A DNA stretch of 64,000 bases, from positions 20,007 through 84,006 of the forward strand of contig JBJKQU010000061.1 of assembly GCA_046705025.1 (NCBI GenBank), given 5' to 3'. The DNA comes from Candidatus Kryptoniota bacterium. GTDB lineage: Bacteria > Bacteroidota > Ignavibacteria > Kryptoniales > JAKASW01. The notes beneath the pieces are model-generated. The model did no database searches. It was not told the DNA's origin and saw nothing but the letters and a program-made list of their open reading frames with translations. Position 1 is the stretch's first letter. Every line of letters starts with the position of its first letter. Of the stretch, positions 51,091 to 60,935 are shown one piece after another. The translations under genes were made by a program, and so were the position numbers.

Positions 51091-53556
51091 TCACAATGTC
51101 GTCACGGGATCCACATCCGGGAAGAACCGAACTGAAGCCCCGTAGTCCCGCTTCAAGTCCAGATCGATCTCGTCCAGCACGGCTTCGAGACGTTCCCCGG
51201 CTTTGTCGAGCTGCTTGCTCATCTTTATTATTATCTGAAATCGGAATTTCCCGAGGAGTCTCCCAATTACCGCCGGCGCCGGACCAAGCACTGCTATGAC
51301 CGGCAGACTCTTCCTGATTCTCCTGGCTGCCTTCTCGGCAGCTTCGTTGGTCTTGTTCAGGTCCCCCCCGCGAAACTCGAGCACTACCATTCGTGAAAAA
51401 GGAGGATAGTTCAGCTCCCGCCGGACTTTGACCTCCGAATCATAAAAGGACCGGTAGTCATGGCTCGCTACAAACTTCAGAATATCCTCATCACTGTTCG
51501 TCACCTGGATGATTACCTCTCCTTCCTTCTCACGCCTCCCCGCCCTTCCTGAAACCTGAGTAAGAAGCTGAAAGGTTCTTTCATTGGACCTGAAATCGGG
51601 CATCAGCATGGTTGAATCTGCCGAGATTACTCCGACCAATGTTACCCTCGGAAAGTCCAGACCTTTTGCAACGAGCTGTGTGCCGACTAGCATATCGGCC
51701 TCCCCGCTGCCGAATTGAGTAAGGATTCTGTCGTGCGCACCGCGTGAGGAAGTAGTGTCAAGGTCCATCCTCAGGATCCTGGCTTCCGGGAAGTAGCCGC
51801 CCATTTCCTCTTCCACCTTTTGTGTGCCGATTCCCCCGTAGAACAGCTTCTCGCTGCCGCACTTCGGGCAGCGGACCGGAGGTTCCTTGACGAAGCCGCA
51901 GTAATGACACCGCAGGTGCTTCCGCCGCTTGTGAAAAGTCAGCGCGACATCGCAGTTCGGACACATTTCCGTCGCGCCACAGTCTGTGCATTGAAGATAC
52001 GTGGAGAATCCTCTCCTGTTGCGCAATATGATTATGCCTTCCTTCTTCGAGAGCCTGTCGTCTATCTTCGATTTAAGTTCATCGCTGAAGCTTCCGAACA
52101 CGAGCTTTTCCTTCCGCTTCTTTCTCATATCGATTATCTCGATTTTCGGCATTTTGGCATCGTCGATCCGGTTCGGAAGATTCAGGAGGGTGTACTTCCC
52201 GGTGGCGGCGTTGTAGTACGACTCGACCGACGGCGTGGCGCTGCCGAGTATCACCACAGCATTGCTGATCGAACACCGCATCACGGCCACGTCGCGCGCG
52301 TTGTATCGCGGGACTGAGTCGCTCTGCTTGTAGCTCGCCTCGTGCTCCTCATCGACCACAACCAGACCGAGGTTCCTTACGGGCGCGAACACGGCGCTCC
52401 GTGCACCGATAACCACCGGTGCTTCTCCCCTGTTGATCTTCCGCCACGCATCATACCTCTCGCCGAGAGACATACGGCTGTGCATCACAGCAACCGCCTG
52501 TCCGAAACGGCGCCTGAACCTGTCTACGATCTGTGGCGTCAAGGAGATCTCCGGCACAAGGACTATCGCGTTCTTACCCTGCTTCAGTGCAAGGTCGATT
52601 GATTCGATGTAGACCTGCGTCTTTCCGCTTCCCGTTACTCCGTGCAAGAGAAAAGTTGAATATGTGTTTGCCGAAAGGGACGCCTCGATTTTACCGACCG
52701 CTTCCTTTTGGAGCCGAGTCAGATCGAATTTCATGTCCTCTTCATGGTAACTGAACTCAGCTTCACGGTACGCCTCCTTGCCGAAAAGCTCCACGACGCC
52801 TTTTTCGACAAGTGCCTGAAGCGAACTCATGCTCGCCTTCGTCTGAGCGAGGAGCTGCACAACACTTACTCCTCCTTCATAAACCCTCTGCAGCTCGGAT
52901 AGCTTCAACAGCAGCTCCGCCTGCTTCGTAGCGCGCTTATCCAGCTCGTTCAGAACGAATGATATCTTTCCAGACTTCTCGAATTCCTTTCTGAACTGAA
53001 CGTAACTATCATACTTCACCGATGTTCGCGGGTCGGAAAGTCTCTCCTCGAGTTCTACTAACCCCGATTCGAGCAGCTTGCCGAGGTGATACCTGATCCC
53101 GCTCGTACCGAATTTCCTTCCGAGCTGCTTGACCGTCATCATTCCACCCGACGCCAGCGCATCGATAATCATCCGCCGCTTATCGTTTTTCTCCTCCCGA
53201 TTGGAGCCGACTAGCCTCACTACTTTTGAGCTTTCGACAGAAGTTCCGGCCGGTCCGGCGGCTTTAAGTGCTTCACCCCATGAGCTCAGGTAATAATCCG
53301 AAATCCAACGGGTTAGCTTCATCATCGTAGAGGAATAGATAGGCCCATTGTCGATAACGTCGCGCACTGGCTTGACGTCTCTGACGTCCGTTTTTCCGGA
53401 GAGCTCCACCGCTACCCCGGTCATGAAACGTTTCCTGAAAGGGGCAACTACTCTTGCCCCGGCAGTCACGGAATCAACGAGTTCTTCCGGGATTTCGTAT
53501 GTGAACTGTCTGTGTACCGGAATTGGGAACGCGACTTCGCAGTATTTCTTACTCAC
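51091..53556 (-). CDS. priA: primosomal replication restart protein N' (PriA helicase)
   Basis: 821-aa ORF with Walker A (GVTGSGKT), DEEH and a Cys-rich zinc region (CTDCGATEMCPNCDVALTFH...CHYCG...CPKCGS). Confidence 0.95.
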   Translation of the reverse strand: MSKKYCEVAFPIPVHRQFTYEIPEELVDSVTAGARVVAPFRKRFMTGVAVELSGKTDVRDVKPVRDVIDNGPIYSSTMMKLTRWISDYYLSSWGEALKAAGPAGTSVESSKVVRLVGSNREEKNDKRRMIIDALASGGMMTVKQLGRKFGTSGIRYHLGKLLESGLVELEERLSDPRTSVKYDSYVQFRKEFEKSGKISFVLNELDKRATKQAELLLKLSELQRVYEGGVSVVQLLAQTKASMSSLQALVEKGVVELFGKEAYREAEFSYHEEDMKFDLTRLQKEAVGKIEASLSANTYSTFLLHGVTGSGKTQVYIESIDLALKQGKNAIVLVPEISLTPQIVDRFRRRFGQAVAVMHSRMSLGERYDAWRKINRGEAPVVIGARSAVFAPVRNLGLVVVDEEHEASYKQSDSVPRYNARDVAVMRCSISNAVVILGSATPSVESYYNAATGKYTLLNLPNRIDDAKMPKIEIIDMRKKRKEKLVFGSFSDELKSKIDDRLSKKEGIIILRNRRGFSTYLQCTDCGATEMCPNCDVALTFHKRRKHLRCHYCGFVKEPPVRCPKCGSEKLFYGGIGTQKVEEEMGGYFPEARILRMDLDTTSSRGAHDRILTQFGSGEADMLVGTQLVAKGLDFPRVTLVGVISADSTMLMPDFRSNERTFQLLTQVSGRAGRREKEGEVIIQVTNSDEDILKFVASHDYRSFYDSEVKVRRELNYPPFSRMVVLEFRGGDLNKTNEAAEKAARRIRKSLPVIAVLGPAPAVIGRLLGKFRFQIIIKMSKQLDKAGERLEAVLDEIDLDLKRDYGASVRFFPDVDPVTTL

Positions 53557-54809
53557 TCGCGGTTCAGCTCCGAGTTGAGACGCTGCATGACTTCAATGAG
53601 AGGAAGCGATCTCGATTCGGCAATCCTCCTGCACTCCTCGAATTCAGCCATGATTCTCTTGTTCCCGTTGACGTGACTCTCCTTCACATTGACTTCCCCG
53701 AAACTCGTCTTCACCTTCTTGAGCTCTCGATGTACTTTCATCCTTCGGACATGTTGTACTCGAAGGCCGAGCGTTGTGGTCTGGGAAAATATCTCCAGGG
53801 CGATTGTATTAAGCCGAGTCTCTGAAGTAAGGACGGAAAGGAGGAAGCCGGGCCTCCCCTTTTTCATCAGAAGCGGCATCACAAAAGCGTCCGTGGCTCC
53901 CGCGGCAAGTAATCTCTCAATCACATGCGGCACAAGCTGCGGGTTAATGTCGTCCATGTTCGTCTCGACAAGCACCACGTGGTCCTCCTCCAGGTCGGAC
54001 GTGATATCGCCGATTACGACCCTCAGCAGATTCGGCAGGCGCCCCAGTTCTCTTGATCCTGCGCCGTACCCTATTTTCGCGATCTTGACGGGCCTGTCGT
54101 TCAGGAGTCCTTTCGAGAGTGCAGCCACAATAGCGGCCCCGGTCGGAGTCGTCAATTCGTATGGAATATCGTTGAAGACGGCCGGGTAGCCTTTCAGTAT
54201 CTCGAGCGCCGCCGGTCCAGGCACAGGCAAGACGCCGTGCTGCGCCTCGAAGTAACCGTTGGATCCGAGCCGTATAGGTGAGGTGAATATCGCTTCGACG
54301 CCGCTCAGTCGAAGGCAAACAGAAGTGCCTACTATATCCACAATCGAATCGACGGCACCAACCTCATGAAAGTGTATCTTCTCGACTGTCGTGTTGTGAA
54401 TCTTTGCTTCCGCTTCGCCGATCCGTCTGAATATTTCGAGCGAGTTGCGCTTGACCGATTCCGACACGTCAGAATTTTCTATCAGATGTCTTATTTCCAG
54501 ATAGCTCCTGCCGTGCTCATGGTCATGATGATGCTCGCGATTATGGGCATCATGTTCGTGGTGGGAATGATTGTGAACGGTGCTGCCGAGATCTTCGACC
54601 TTCTCCGTCTCGCCGGACGCCACAACATCTACCTTTGTCGCGGTTATTCCGTTTCTGCTCACCTTGCTCAGTTTAAGCTCGACGTTCCCGAGCTTCAGCT
54701 TTGCGAGCTCATCCGAGAGTTCCTTCGGGTCGACTCCGGAATCTACAAAAGCGCCCAGCACCATGTCTCCCGCAATGCCCGCAAAAGTATCGAAGTACGC
54801 TATTTTCAT
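53553..54809 (-). CDS. larC: nickel insertion protein LarC (nickel-pincer cofactor biosynthesis)
   Basis: 418-aa ORF with the N-terminus MKIAYFDTFAGIAGDM, a His-rich tract (HNHSHHEHDAHNREHHHDHEH) and HFHEVGAVDSIVDIVG. Confidence 0.88.
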   Translation of the reverse strand: MKIAYFDTFAGIAGDMVLGAFVDSGVDPKELSDELAKLKLGNVELKLSKVSRNGITATKVDVVASGETEKVEDLGSTVHNHSHHEHDAHNREHHHDHEHGRSYLEIRHLIENSDVSESVKRNSLEIFRRIGEAEAKIHNTTVEKIHFHEVGAVDSIVDIVGTSVCLRLSGVEAIFTSPIRLGSNGYFEAQHGVLPVPGPAALEILKGYPAVFNDIPYELTTPTGAAIVAALSKGLLNDRPVKIAKIGYGAGSRELGRLPNLLRVVIGDITSDLEEDHVVLVETNMDDINPQLVPHVIERLLAAGATDAFVMPLLMKKGRPGFLLSVLTSETRLNTIALEIFSQTTTLGLRVQHVRRMKVHRELKKVKTSFGEVNVKESHVNGNKRIMAEFEECRRIAESRSLPLIEVMQRLNSELNRE

Positions 54810-55037
54810 TCAAACTCCTTGGTCGACTTAATTTAATTTTGGGCTGCCTCCGTTTCAACTTCACCGACATTGAAGCGAACCTGATTTGGCGTCCCTGTTC
54901 AAAAGCGGGCTATGAGAACAAAAGGGGCCATCGGGAGGAGCCAGCATAGCACATGCGCTCGTTAGTTATGAGCCAATGCTTCGATTGGCGCCGCTGCCGG
55001 ATAAGGACGGCGGTGTCGAGCGCGGGTGGATCAGGGG

Positions 55038-55976
55038 TTACTTGTGTAAGTCGGAGTAGGAGGGGAAACCGCCGAGCGCTCCTGCGGAAGTCACCGCATC
55101 GATAATGGCATCAGATACCGCATCGACCGCGAGCGATGCAACGACATCGAGATGAGCCTTTTCTGCTCCTAATGAAACAGCAAAGACCGTATCCCCGTCA
55201 AAGCTCGTGTGAACGGGCATAATCCTCTTCGCAAGTGCATCGTGGCTGCGCTGCGCTACCCTGTTAAGTTCGACCTTCGTCATGTCGGCATTCGTGACTA
55301 CGACGGCCAGCGTTGTGTTGGCTCCCGGCAGGGCGCGCCTTGGAATTCTTTCCGATTCGCGCGGCGTGTCTGCAACGAATTTTCCATGAGCCATTGCCCC
55401 TGCCAGAACGCGGCCCGACATGTCAAGGACATCTCCAACGGCATTTGTGACTGCCAGAGCCACCACTTTGACTCCTTCACTTTCGGCATTCCCGAATCCC
55501 TGTCCGGACTTCATCGCGTTTTCGATACCCGACCATTTCCCGACCGTCGCACCGGTTCCAGCGCCGTGCGACCCCTTGACAAATTCCCCTTTCATTGCGG
55601 CAAGGCAGGCTCTATATCCCATCTCGTCATCCGGAAATCGATCTGCGCTTCCGATGTTCAGGTCGAAGATAACAGCCGCGGGAACAATGGGCACGGCTTT
55701 CCACGGCGTTTTGTATCCCATCCCGCGTTCAGACAAGAATCTCATGACCCCAGTCGCGGCAGCCAGGCCGTAAGCGCTACCTCCTGTCAGGAGAATGGCA
55801 TCAACCCGATCCATATTTTTGTCTGGAGCGAGAAGCGCCAGTTCGCGAGTTCCGGGTGAAGCCCCGCGAACTTCCGCGCTTGCGCGGGCGCCGCCATCGA
55901 AGACAATTGCCGTGCAGCCGGTCATGGCTTCCATATCTTCTACCGAACCTATATGCAGCCTGTCAAAACCAAACAT
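55038..55976 (-). CDS. P1 family peptidase (DmpA/S58-like)
   Basis: 312-aa ORF. The motifs GCTAIVF, LLTGGSAYGL and NTTLAVVVTNA are typical of Ntn-type DmpA-like peptidases. Confidence 0.75.
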   Translation of the reverse strand: MFGFDRLHIGSVEDMEAMTGCTAIVFDGGARASAEVRGASPGTRELALLAPDKNMDRVDAILLTGGSAYGLAAATGVMRFLSERGMGYKTPWKAVPIVPAAVIFDLNIGSADRFPDDEMGYRACLAAMKGEFVKGSHGAGTGATVGKWSGIENAMKSGQGFGNAESEGVKVVALAVTNAVGDVLDMSGRVLAGAMAHGKFVADTPRESERIPRRALPGANTTLAVVVTNADMTKVELNRVAQRSHDALAKRIMPVHTSFDGDTVFAVSLGAEKAHLDVVASLAVDAVSDAIIDAVTSAGALGGFPSYSDLHK

Positions 55977-55988
55977 TTCAGCCTTGCC

Positions 55989-56987
55989 TCAGTATTCGTC
56001 CCTGCCGGGCCTTCTCATCAGATCGCCTACAGCAGCTTGCGGATCTTTTCCATCAAAGAGCACTTTGTGTACCTGCTCCATAATTGGCATCTCGACCTCA
56101 TGGTTCAGGGCAAGCTGACGGGCGGCCCTTGCTGTGGGAACACCTTCCGCAACCATTTTGATTTCGCTCAAAACTTCTTCCAGTTTCCTCCCGGCAGCGA
56201 CTTGTTCCCCTACAAATCTGTTCCTGCTGTATCTGCTCATACAAGTGACGATAAGATCGCCCATTCCCGAGAGCCCGGAAAAGGTTTTGTGATGCGCACC
56301 TAGTGCCTCACCGAGTCGCGTTATCTCTACCATCCCGCGCGTCATTAGAGCCGCTTTTGTGTTGTCACCATAACCTGCCCCGTCGCTCATCCCCGCGGCA
56401 AGAGCAATCACATTCTTCAATGCCCCGCACAATTCGACTCCCTTAACGTCACGGTTAAGATAAACTCTGAAATACGGGTTCATGAAAATCGACTGGACCG
56501 CTTCGGCGCTCTTCCGGTGTCGTGAAGCAGCAACGATTGCTGTCGGCATCCTCCGGCTGACTTCTTCCGCGTGGCTGGGTCCGGAAAGAACGACATAGTT
56601 CTCAGGAGGGCATTTCTTCAGAGTACAGCTCACGACGTCCGACATTGTTGAAAGCGTCTCGGCCTCAATTCCCTTCGCAGTATTCACGAAGATTTTCTTG
56701 TGAAAATCCATTCCTTCAATCTGCTTCAGTTGACCGCGAAGATACTGAGATGGAATGGAGGCAACGACAATATCGGCGTGTTCTGTTGCGGACTGAATAT
56801 CGGACGTTATACGAATTTCAGGAGGGATAGTGACGCCGTGCAGATATGTACGGTTCTCTCTGAGCATCGAAAGCTCATCGGCATATTCCTGCTTATAAGC
56901 CCAGAGAGTTACATCTTTTTTGTTGTCATGAAGGAGAATAGAGAGGGCCGTGCCCCAGCCGCCCGCTCCGAGAACTGCAACCTTCAT
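55989..56987 (-). CDS. gpsA: NAD(P)H-dependent glycerol-3-phosphate dehydrogenase
   Basis: 332-aa ORF with MKVAVLGAGGWGTAL, KGIE, LKNVIALAAGM, and GDLIVTC.S..SRN. Confidence 0.93.
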   Translation of the reverse strand: MKVAVLGAGGWGTALSILLHDNKKDVTLWAYKQEYADELSMLRENRTYLHGVTIPPEIRITSDIQSATEHADIVVASIPSQYLRGQLKQIEGMDFHKKIFVNTAKGIEAETLSTMSDVVSCTLKKCPPENYVVLSGPSHAEEVSRRMPTAIVAASRHRKSAEAVQSIFMNPYFRVYLNRDVKGVELCGALKNVIALAAGMSDGAGYGDNTKAALMTRGMVEITRLGEALGAHHKTFSGLSGMGDLIVTCMSRYSRNRFVGEQVAAGRKLEEVLSEIKMVAEGVPTARAARQLALNHEVEMPIMEQVHKVLFDGKDPQAAVGDLMRRPGRDEY

Positions 56988-57679
56988 TTGACCGAATTGT
57001 GATGGATCTTCGAACTATGGAAAAACCTCAGCTTCTCCATTCGATGTTCTCTCCCCTGAACAAGGCGCACTATGTTTGCGCGGTGGTTGTATATCAGAAA
57101 CGCGGAAATAAAAATGCTGAAGAAAATCATCGAATGGTAATACTTCATGCCGACATCAAAAACGTTCGCACGTACGAACATCACCACCGGAAAGGCTATC
57201 GCGGCGCTGACCGATCCGAGCGAAACATAGCGCGAACTGACAACGACTATCGCGAAGACTCCTGCCGCGATCGCCACGTCGACCGGCGCTATTCCAAGGA
57301 GCATCCCCGCCGCGGTTGCGATCCCCTTGCCTCCCTTGAAGCCGGCAAATACGGTCCACGTGTGACCCAGTATCGCGCTCATCCCGGCAATGATCTGAAC
57401 TACCGTGAAATCCGAAAATGGAGTCGCGTTCTCCAAAGGAAAGTGTCCGTAAAATAATCGCGAAATCACGACCGCCGCAAGAAATCCTTTTAGAGCATCT
57501 ATAATAATGACGGCTACTCCAGGCCCCCACCCGAGCACCCGTATTACATTTGTCCCTCCGGCATTGCCGCTGCCGTAGTCTCGTATGTCAATGCCCTTAA
57601 GGGCTTTCGTAACAATAATGCTCGTCGGTATCGAACCGACCATATAACTAATGAGCACCACTACAATAAGAGAAACCAT
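56984..57679 (-). CDS. plsY: glycerol-3-phosphate acyltransferase PlsY
   Basis: 231-aa polytopic ORF with YGSGNAGGTNV and FKGGKG. It overlaps the gpsA start by 4 nt. Confidence 0.9.
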   Translation of the reverse strand: MVSLIVVVLISYMVGSIPTSIIVTKALKGIDIRDYGSGNAGGTNVIRVLGWGPGVAVIIIDALKGFLAAVVISRLFYGHFPLENATPFSDFTVVQIIAGMSAILGHTWTVFAGFKGGKGIATAAGMLLGIAPVDVAIAAGVFAIVVVSSRYVSLGSVSAAIAFPVVMFVRANVFDVGMKYYHSMIFFSIFISAFLIYNHRANIVRLVQGREHRMEKLRFFHSSKIHHNSVK

Positions 57680-57816
57680 TCGACCTCCTTCAAAGCGTTA
57701 CAAGTTAGACCGCTGTGCATTTAGATGCAATGGCGGAAAAGCCGGGAATCCTCACCAACGCCACCTATAGACTCGGGATGCAAGTTGAAGTCATTCGGAA
57801 CAATCTGATACGTATC

Positions 57817-58497
57817 TCACCAAACAAAAGGCAGCAGCCTCCATCTCACTGCTTTCATGTAAGCCTCATATCCGGTTAGTCCCCTTCTCAATACCTGCTC
57901 CTCATTCTTTATCCTTATCACCAGCAAAAGAGGAAGGAAAAGCATCGGTATCAGCGCGTAAAACGATCCGAGAACCAACGGAGAGAACAGGAACAGAATC
58001 GAAGCAGAGAGGTAGAGCGGATGCCTCACGACGGAATAAAGGCCGGTGTTTATCAACACCTGCTTCTCCTGGATCTCAACTGTCCGCGCGGCATATCTGT
58101 TTTGTATCAACACCACGACAAACATCAGGTAGCCTGCAAGGACAGCCGCGACAGAGACCACAACCAGCCATGTCGGTACGTAAGACCAGCTGAATCTGTA
58201 ATCAAGTCCCGGCAATACGAACGCCATGAAGAACGGCACCAGTGAGAGCTTCTGGTAGGTCCGCTGGACAGGTTCCCTTTCTTTTGTCTTCAATCTCTTC
58301 TCGAGAAGCTCCGGCGCCTTCACTGCCAGATATACCAGAAAAGCGAGCATCGGGATGAACAGTGACGCCAGGTAGACCCATGCATTCCAGTACGAGAGTG
58401 TGCCGGCCGGAACGAACAAGAACAAGCCGACAAGGAAAACGGCGAGCAAATATCTGACAACAGTCCTGCTTATCAGGTACGTTTTACCGGTACGCAT
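57817..58497 (-). CDS. isoprenylcysteine carboxyl methyltransferase (ICMT/PEMT) family membrane protein
   Basis: 226-aa polytopic ORF with the C-terminal motif GLYSVVRHPLY...NEEQVL...GYEAY. Confidence 0.7.
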   Translation of the reverse strand: MRTGKTYLISRTVVRYLLAVFLVGLFLFVPAGTLSYWNAWVYLASLFIPMLAFLVYLAVKAPELLEKRLKTKEREPVQRTYQKLSLVPFFMAFVLPGLDYRFSWSYVPTWLVVVSVAAVLAGYLMFVVVLIQNRYAARTVEIQEKQVLINTGLYSVVRHPLYLSASILFLFSPLVLGSFYALIPMLFLPLLLVIRIKNEEQVLRRGLTGYEAYMKAVRWRLLPFVW

Positions 58498-58603
58498 CAG
58501 TTTTCGCCCTCCACAACTGCTTTGAAGATGGATAACGCGCAGAAGCCCGCTGCCTCAGCCCGTCAACAGTGTGCTACGTGTCCTGATGAGCGATAATCGC
58601 CCT

Positions 58604-59302
58604 TTACGCGCTTGCCAGCTGGAAGAATTTCCTGGCGAGAAGGATGTCCCACAGCACCAACGGTACGAGCGAGCCGATCGCAAAGTACATCCCGACTACT
58701 GCCACAGTCGGGGGCACGAGAGACATGATGCCGAGAACAATACCTATCCAGGCCGTCACCTTCCCGAAAATGGTGCTCCGAAGCATGACTATGCCTATAA
58801 GCAGAAAAGCGATCCCCTCAGCGACATAGCCGACATTGAAGGCGGTCCCCTGCCAGGTAACGAGCATTGCCTGTCCAGCGGCCAGAAGAATCGCCCTCTC
58901 CCCTTCCGTCACCGCAGCTGCATACCGGTCGCTCAGCGACATCATCTCGAATGCGACTGTCGAGCTGAAATAAGTTATCATTCCCGTCAATCCAAGCGCC
59001 AGGCTGACCGTCATCAGTGACAAATCAACTCGTCTGAGCACGACGTAGAGACCAATCAGAATGATCCCTACGAATACCTGGTCGACAATCAACAGGAGGT
59101 CCATGTCAAGTAAACCTACAAGCTTGCTGGTCTGAAAGAGCCCGAACCAGCCCACGGTAGTACCCGGCAAGGGCCAAATCGTGAAGACGGCTAGTTGCAC
59201 GACCATGAACGCAACCATAACGAGCGCAACTGAGCCCGCAATACGGAACAGGTTCCGCCAGCCTCCACTCTCGACCTCAGATAATTCGGTTATTGCCTCC
59301 AT
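58604..59302 (-). CDS. polytopic membrane protein (possibly DUF4386-like)
   Basis: I chose the ATG at 59302 because AAGGAG lies 6-11 nt upstream. The protein has 6-7 hydrophobic helices. The family call is weak. Confidence 0.4.
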   Translation of the reverse strand: MEAITELSEVESGGWRNLFRIAGSVALVMVAFMVVQLAVFTIWPLPGTTVGWFGLFQTSKLVGLLDMDLLLIVDQVFVGIILIGLYVVLRRVDLSLMTVSLALGLTGMITYFSSTVAFEMMSLSDRYAAAVTEGERAILLAAGQAMLVTWQGTAFNVGYVAEGIAFLLIGIVMLRSTIFGKVTAWIGIVLGIMSLVPPTVAVVGMYFAIGSLVPLVLWDILLARKFFQLASA

Positions 59303-59556
59303 AGTGACTCTCCTTCTCAATACGTTTGAACGGTTTGATTAGTGAGCCCTCATAATGGATATGCCACCAGTACTCGCATGCCAAAGAATATATAGCCAAA
59401 CAATGTGAAGCGCAAAACCCGCCCGGATTGGAAATGTGCCTTCCTCCAGGCCTTACCTGGCTGGCCGGTTCCTTAACACTCACTTGGTTGGTGGATTCTT
59501 AGTGCAGCCAAAGGTGTTGCTTTGAATGGCCTTCCCACCTATTATCTACTGAAAAA

Positions 59557-59889
59557 ATGCTGACCGTCGCCATAGTGCTTTTTACGTTTGCCGTTCTGAT
59601 AGGGGTAACCTTGCTTACCACTTTTTTCCTCGACGGAAAGACGCCTCGCCGCATCGCCCGCACTCACGGAGTGATTGCAGTGGCCGCGCTCACTCTACTG
59701 GTCGTTTCTGTCGCGGTGAGCGGGGCGGCAGCACCCGTAGCCGGTATGGTGGTCATGATTCTCGCGGCTTTGGGCGGAGCCACCCTTTTCAGAATGGGAC
59801 AGAAGAACATGGCATTTCCCAGGTGGCTTCCTGTCTTGCACGGCTTCGTCGCGGCCATTGGCTTTCTCATGCTGCTCATATATCTCTGA
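59557..59889 (+). CDS. small membrane protein (4 predicted TM helices), unknown function
   Basis: 110-aa ORF that is almost entirely hydrophobic. I recognise no family. Confidence 0.45.
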   Translation: MLTVAIVLFTFAVLIGVTLLTTFFLDGKTPRRIARTHGVIAVAALTLLVVSVAVSGAAAPVAGMVVMILAALGGATLFRMGQKNMAFPRWLPVLHGFVAAIGFLMLLIYL

Positions 59890-59907
59890 AGCATCCGGTG
59901 GCATCTT

Positions 59908-60315
59908 TCATTTGCTGTTCGGAAGGCCGCGGCTTTCTTCAGCATCTAAAGCCGTTTCCCATCCATCGTAGTCTCCACCGAATTTGCGGGCCAACAGCTC
60001 GAAAGTTATCCTGAACGAAGTCAGTTCACCAACTCGTGGAACAATGTCCTTTGTGGCCAGACAAAGCCAGCTTGTACTAGAAACGGCTTTCGTGCATTCT
60101 ACTGAAAAACCCAGTCCTTTCAGCTCGCCTCTTGCTTCCAGGGCGGAGCTCCTGGACGGTAAATACAGATAGAAACTGATCGCTCTCGGTCTGGTCAGAT
60201 CAGCGCTGCTCTTACTCAACAAGTCCAGAACAGCTTGATCGGGATTCTTCACACGGAGATCTTTCTTCGGCTTATCCGAAAGTCTCCTGCTATGACTCGG
60301 TTTGCTATTTCGCAT
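59908..60315 (-). CDS. RraB-like (regulator of ribonuclease activity B family) protein
   Basis: The ATG at 60315 is preceded by AAGGAGGG. The C-terminal FGGDYDGWET and the block PRAISFYLYLPS...A......L...GF resemble RraB/DUF1260. The ORF-track N-terminal extension is trimmed. Confidence 0.5.
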   Translation of the reverse strand: MRNSKPSHSRRLSDKPKKDLRVKNPDQAVLDLLSKSSADLTRPRAISFYLYLPSRSSALEARGELKGLGFSVECTKAVSSTSWLCLATKDIVPRVGELTSFRITFELLARKFGGDYDGWETALDAEESRGLPNSK

Positions 60316-60373
60316 GCCCTTTTCCCTCCTTAGCCCCGTACCCGCTCCACGCCGGGGTTCTACCGCCGGAGCC

Positions 60374-60931
60374 TTATTTTGCGGATTCGTAGTAGAATAA
60401 CACATTTCCCGATTTGAAACATTCGGCTCTCAAGAACTTCAGCTCCAGCTTCCTGCCTATTCCCGCAAACGGTTGTCTTGCAGTGCCTAACACGACAGGA
60501 CACACCATCATCCGGCACTCATCGATCAGGCCCTGAGAGATCAGACTGCCGGCCAGAATGCAGTTTCCGAACATCCCTATCTCCTTTCCCTATTGCCGCT
60601 TAACCTTTAGCACCTCCTCATCGGCATTCCCTTTAACGAGCCGGGTCTAGTTCCATTCCACCTTGTCCAGAGTCCTTGAGAAGACGATTTTCGCAACCGA
60701 GTTCATCAAACCGGCGACTACCGGGTCGTTTTTGATCGCTTCCGGCGTCGGCCAGTAACCTGCCATCAGCTCGTAAGTTGCCCTTCTGAACAACAAGGTG
60801 CCGGTTTCATTCAACTGTCCGATTGCACATTCGTTGAACTCGTCGTCGACGTTATGCCAGATGATATCGTGGTCGGGTCCTTCGAAGAAGCCATCGACCG
60901 TTATCATGTCGAACAGGAAAACCTTCCGCAT
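60374..60931 (-). pseudogene. RibD_C/dihydrofolate-reductase-family gene interrupted by two in-frame TAG codons (tandem paralog of 60936-61493)
   Basis: ORFs 60647..61000 and 60374..60574 are in the same frame. The continuous reading is ...KVEWN*TRLVKGNADEEVLKVKRQ*GKEIGMFGNCILAGS..., with TAG at 60649-60647 and 60592-60590. It spans 185 codons and is collinear without indels with the 185-aa neighbour. Confidence 0.7.
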
Positions 60932-60935
60932 TCTT

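Noticed and set aside
54850-54900. SRP-RNA-like string (TCAGGTTCG...GGAGGCAGCC on the minus strand)
   Set aside because: It shows only loose resemblance to the SRP domain IV consensus. An extra hairpin interrupts the motif, and the 5'/3' closing helix is not evident.
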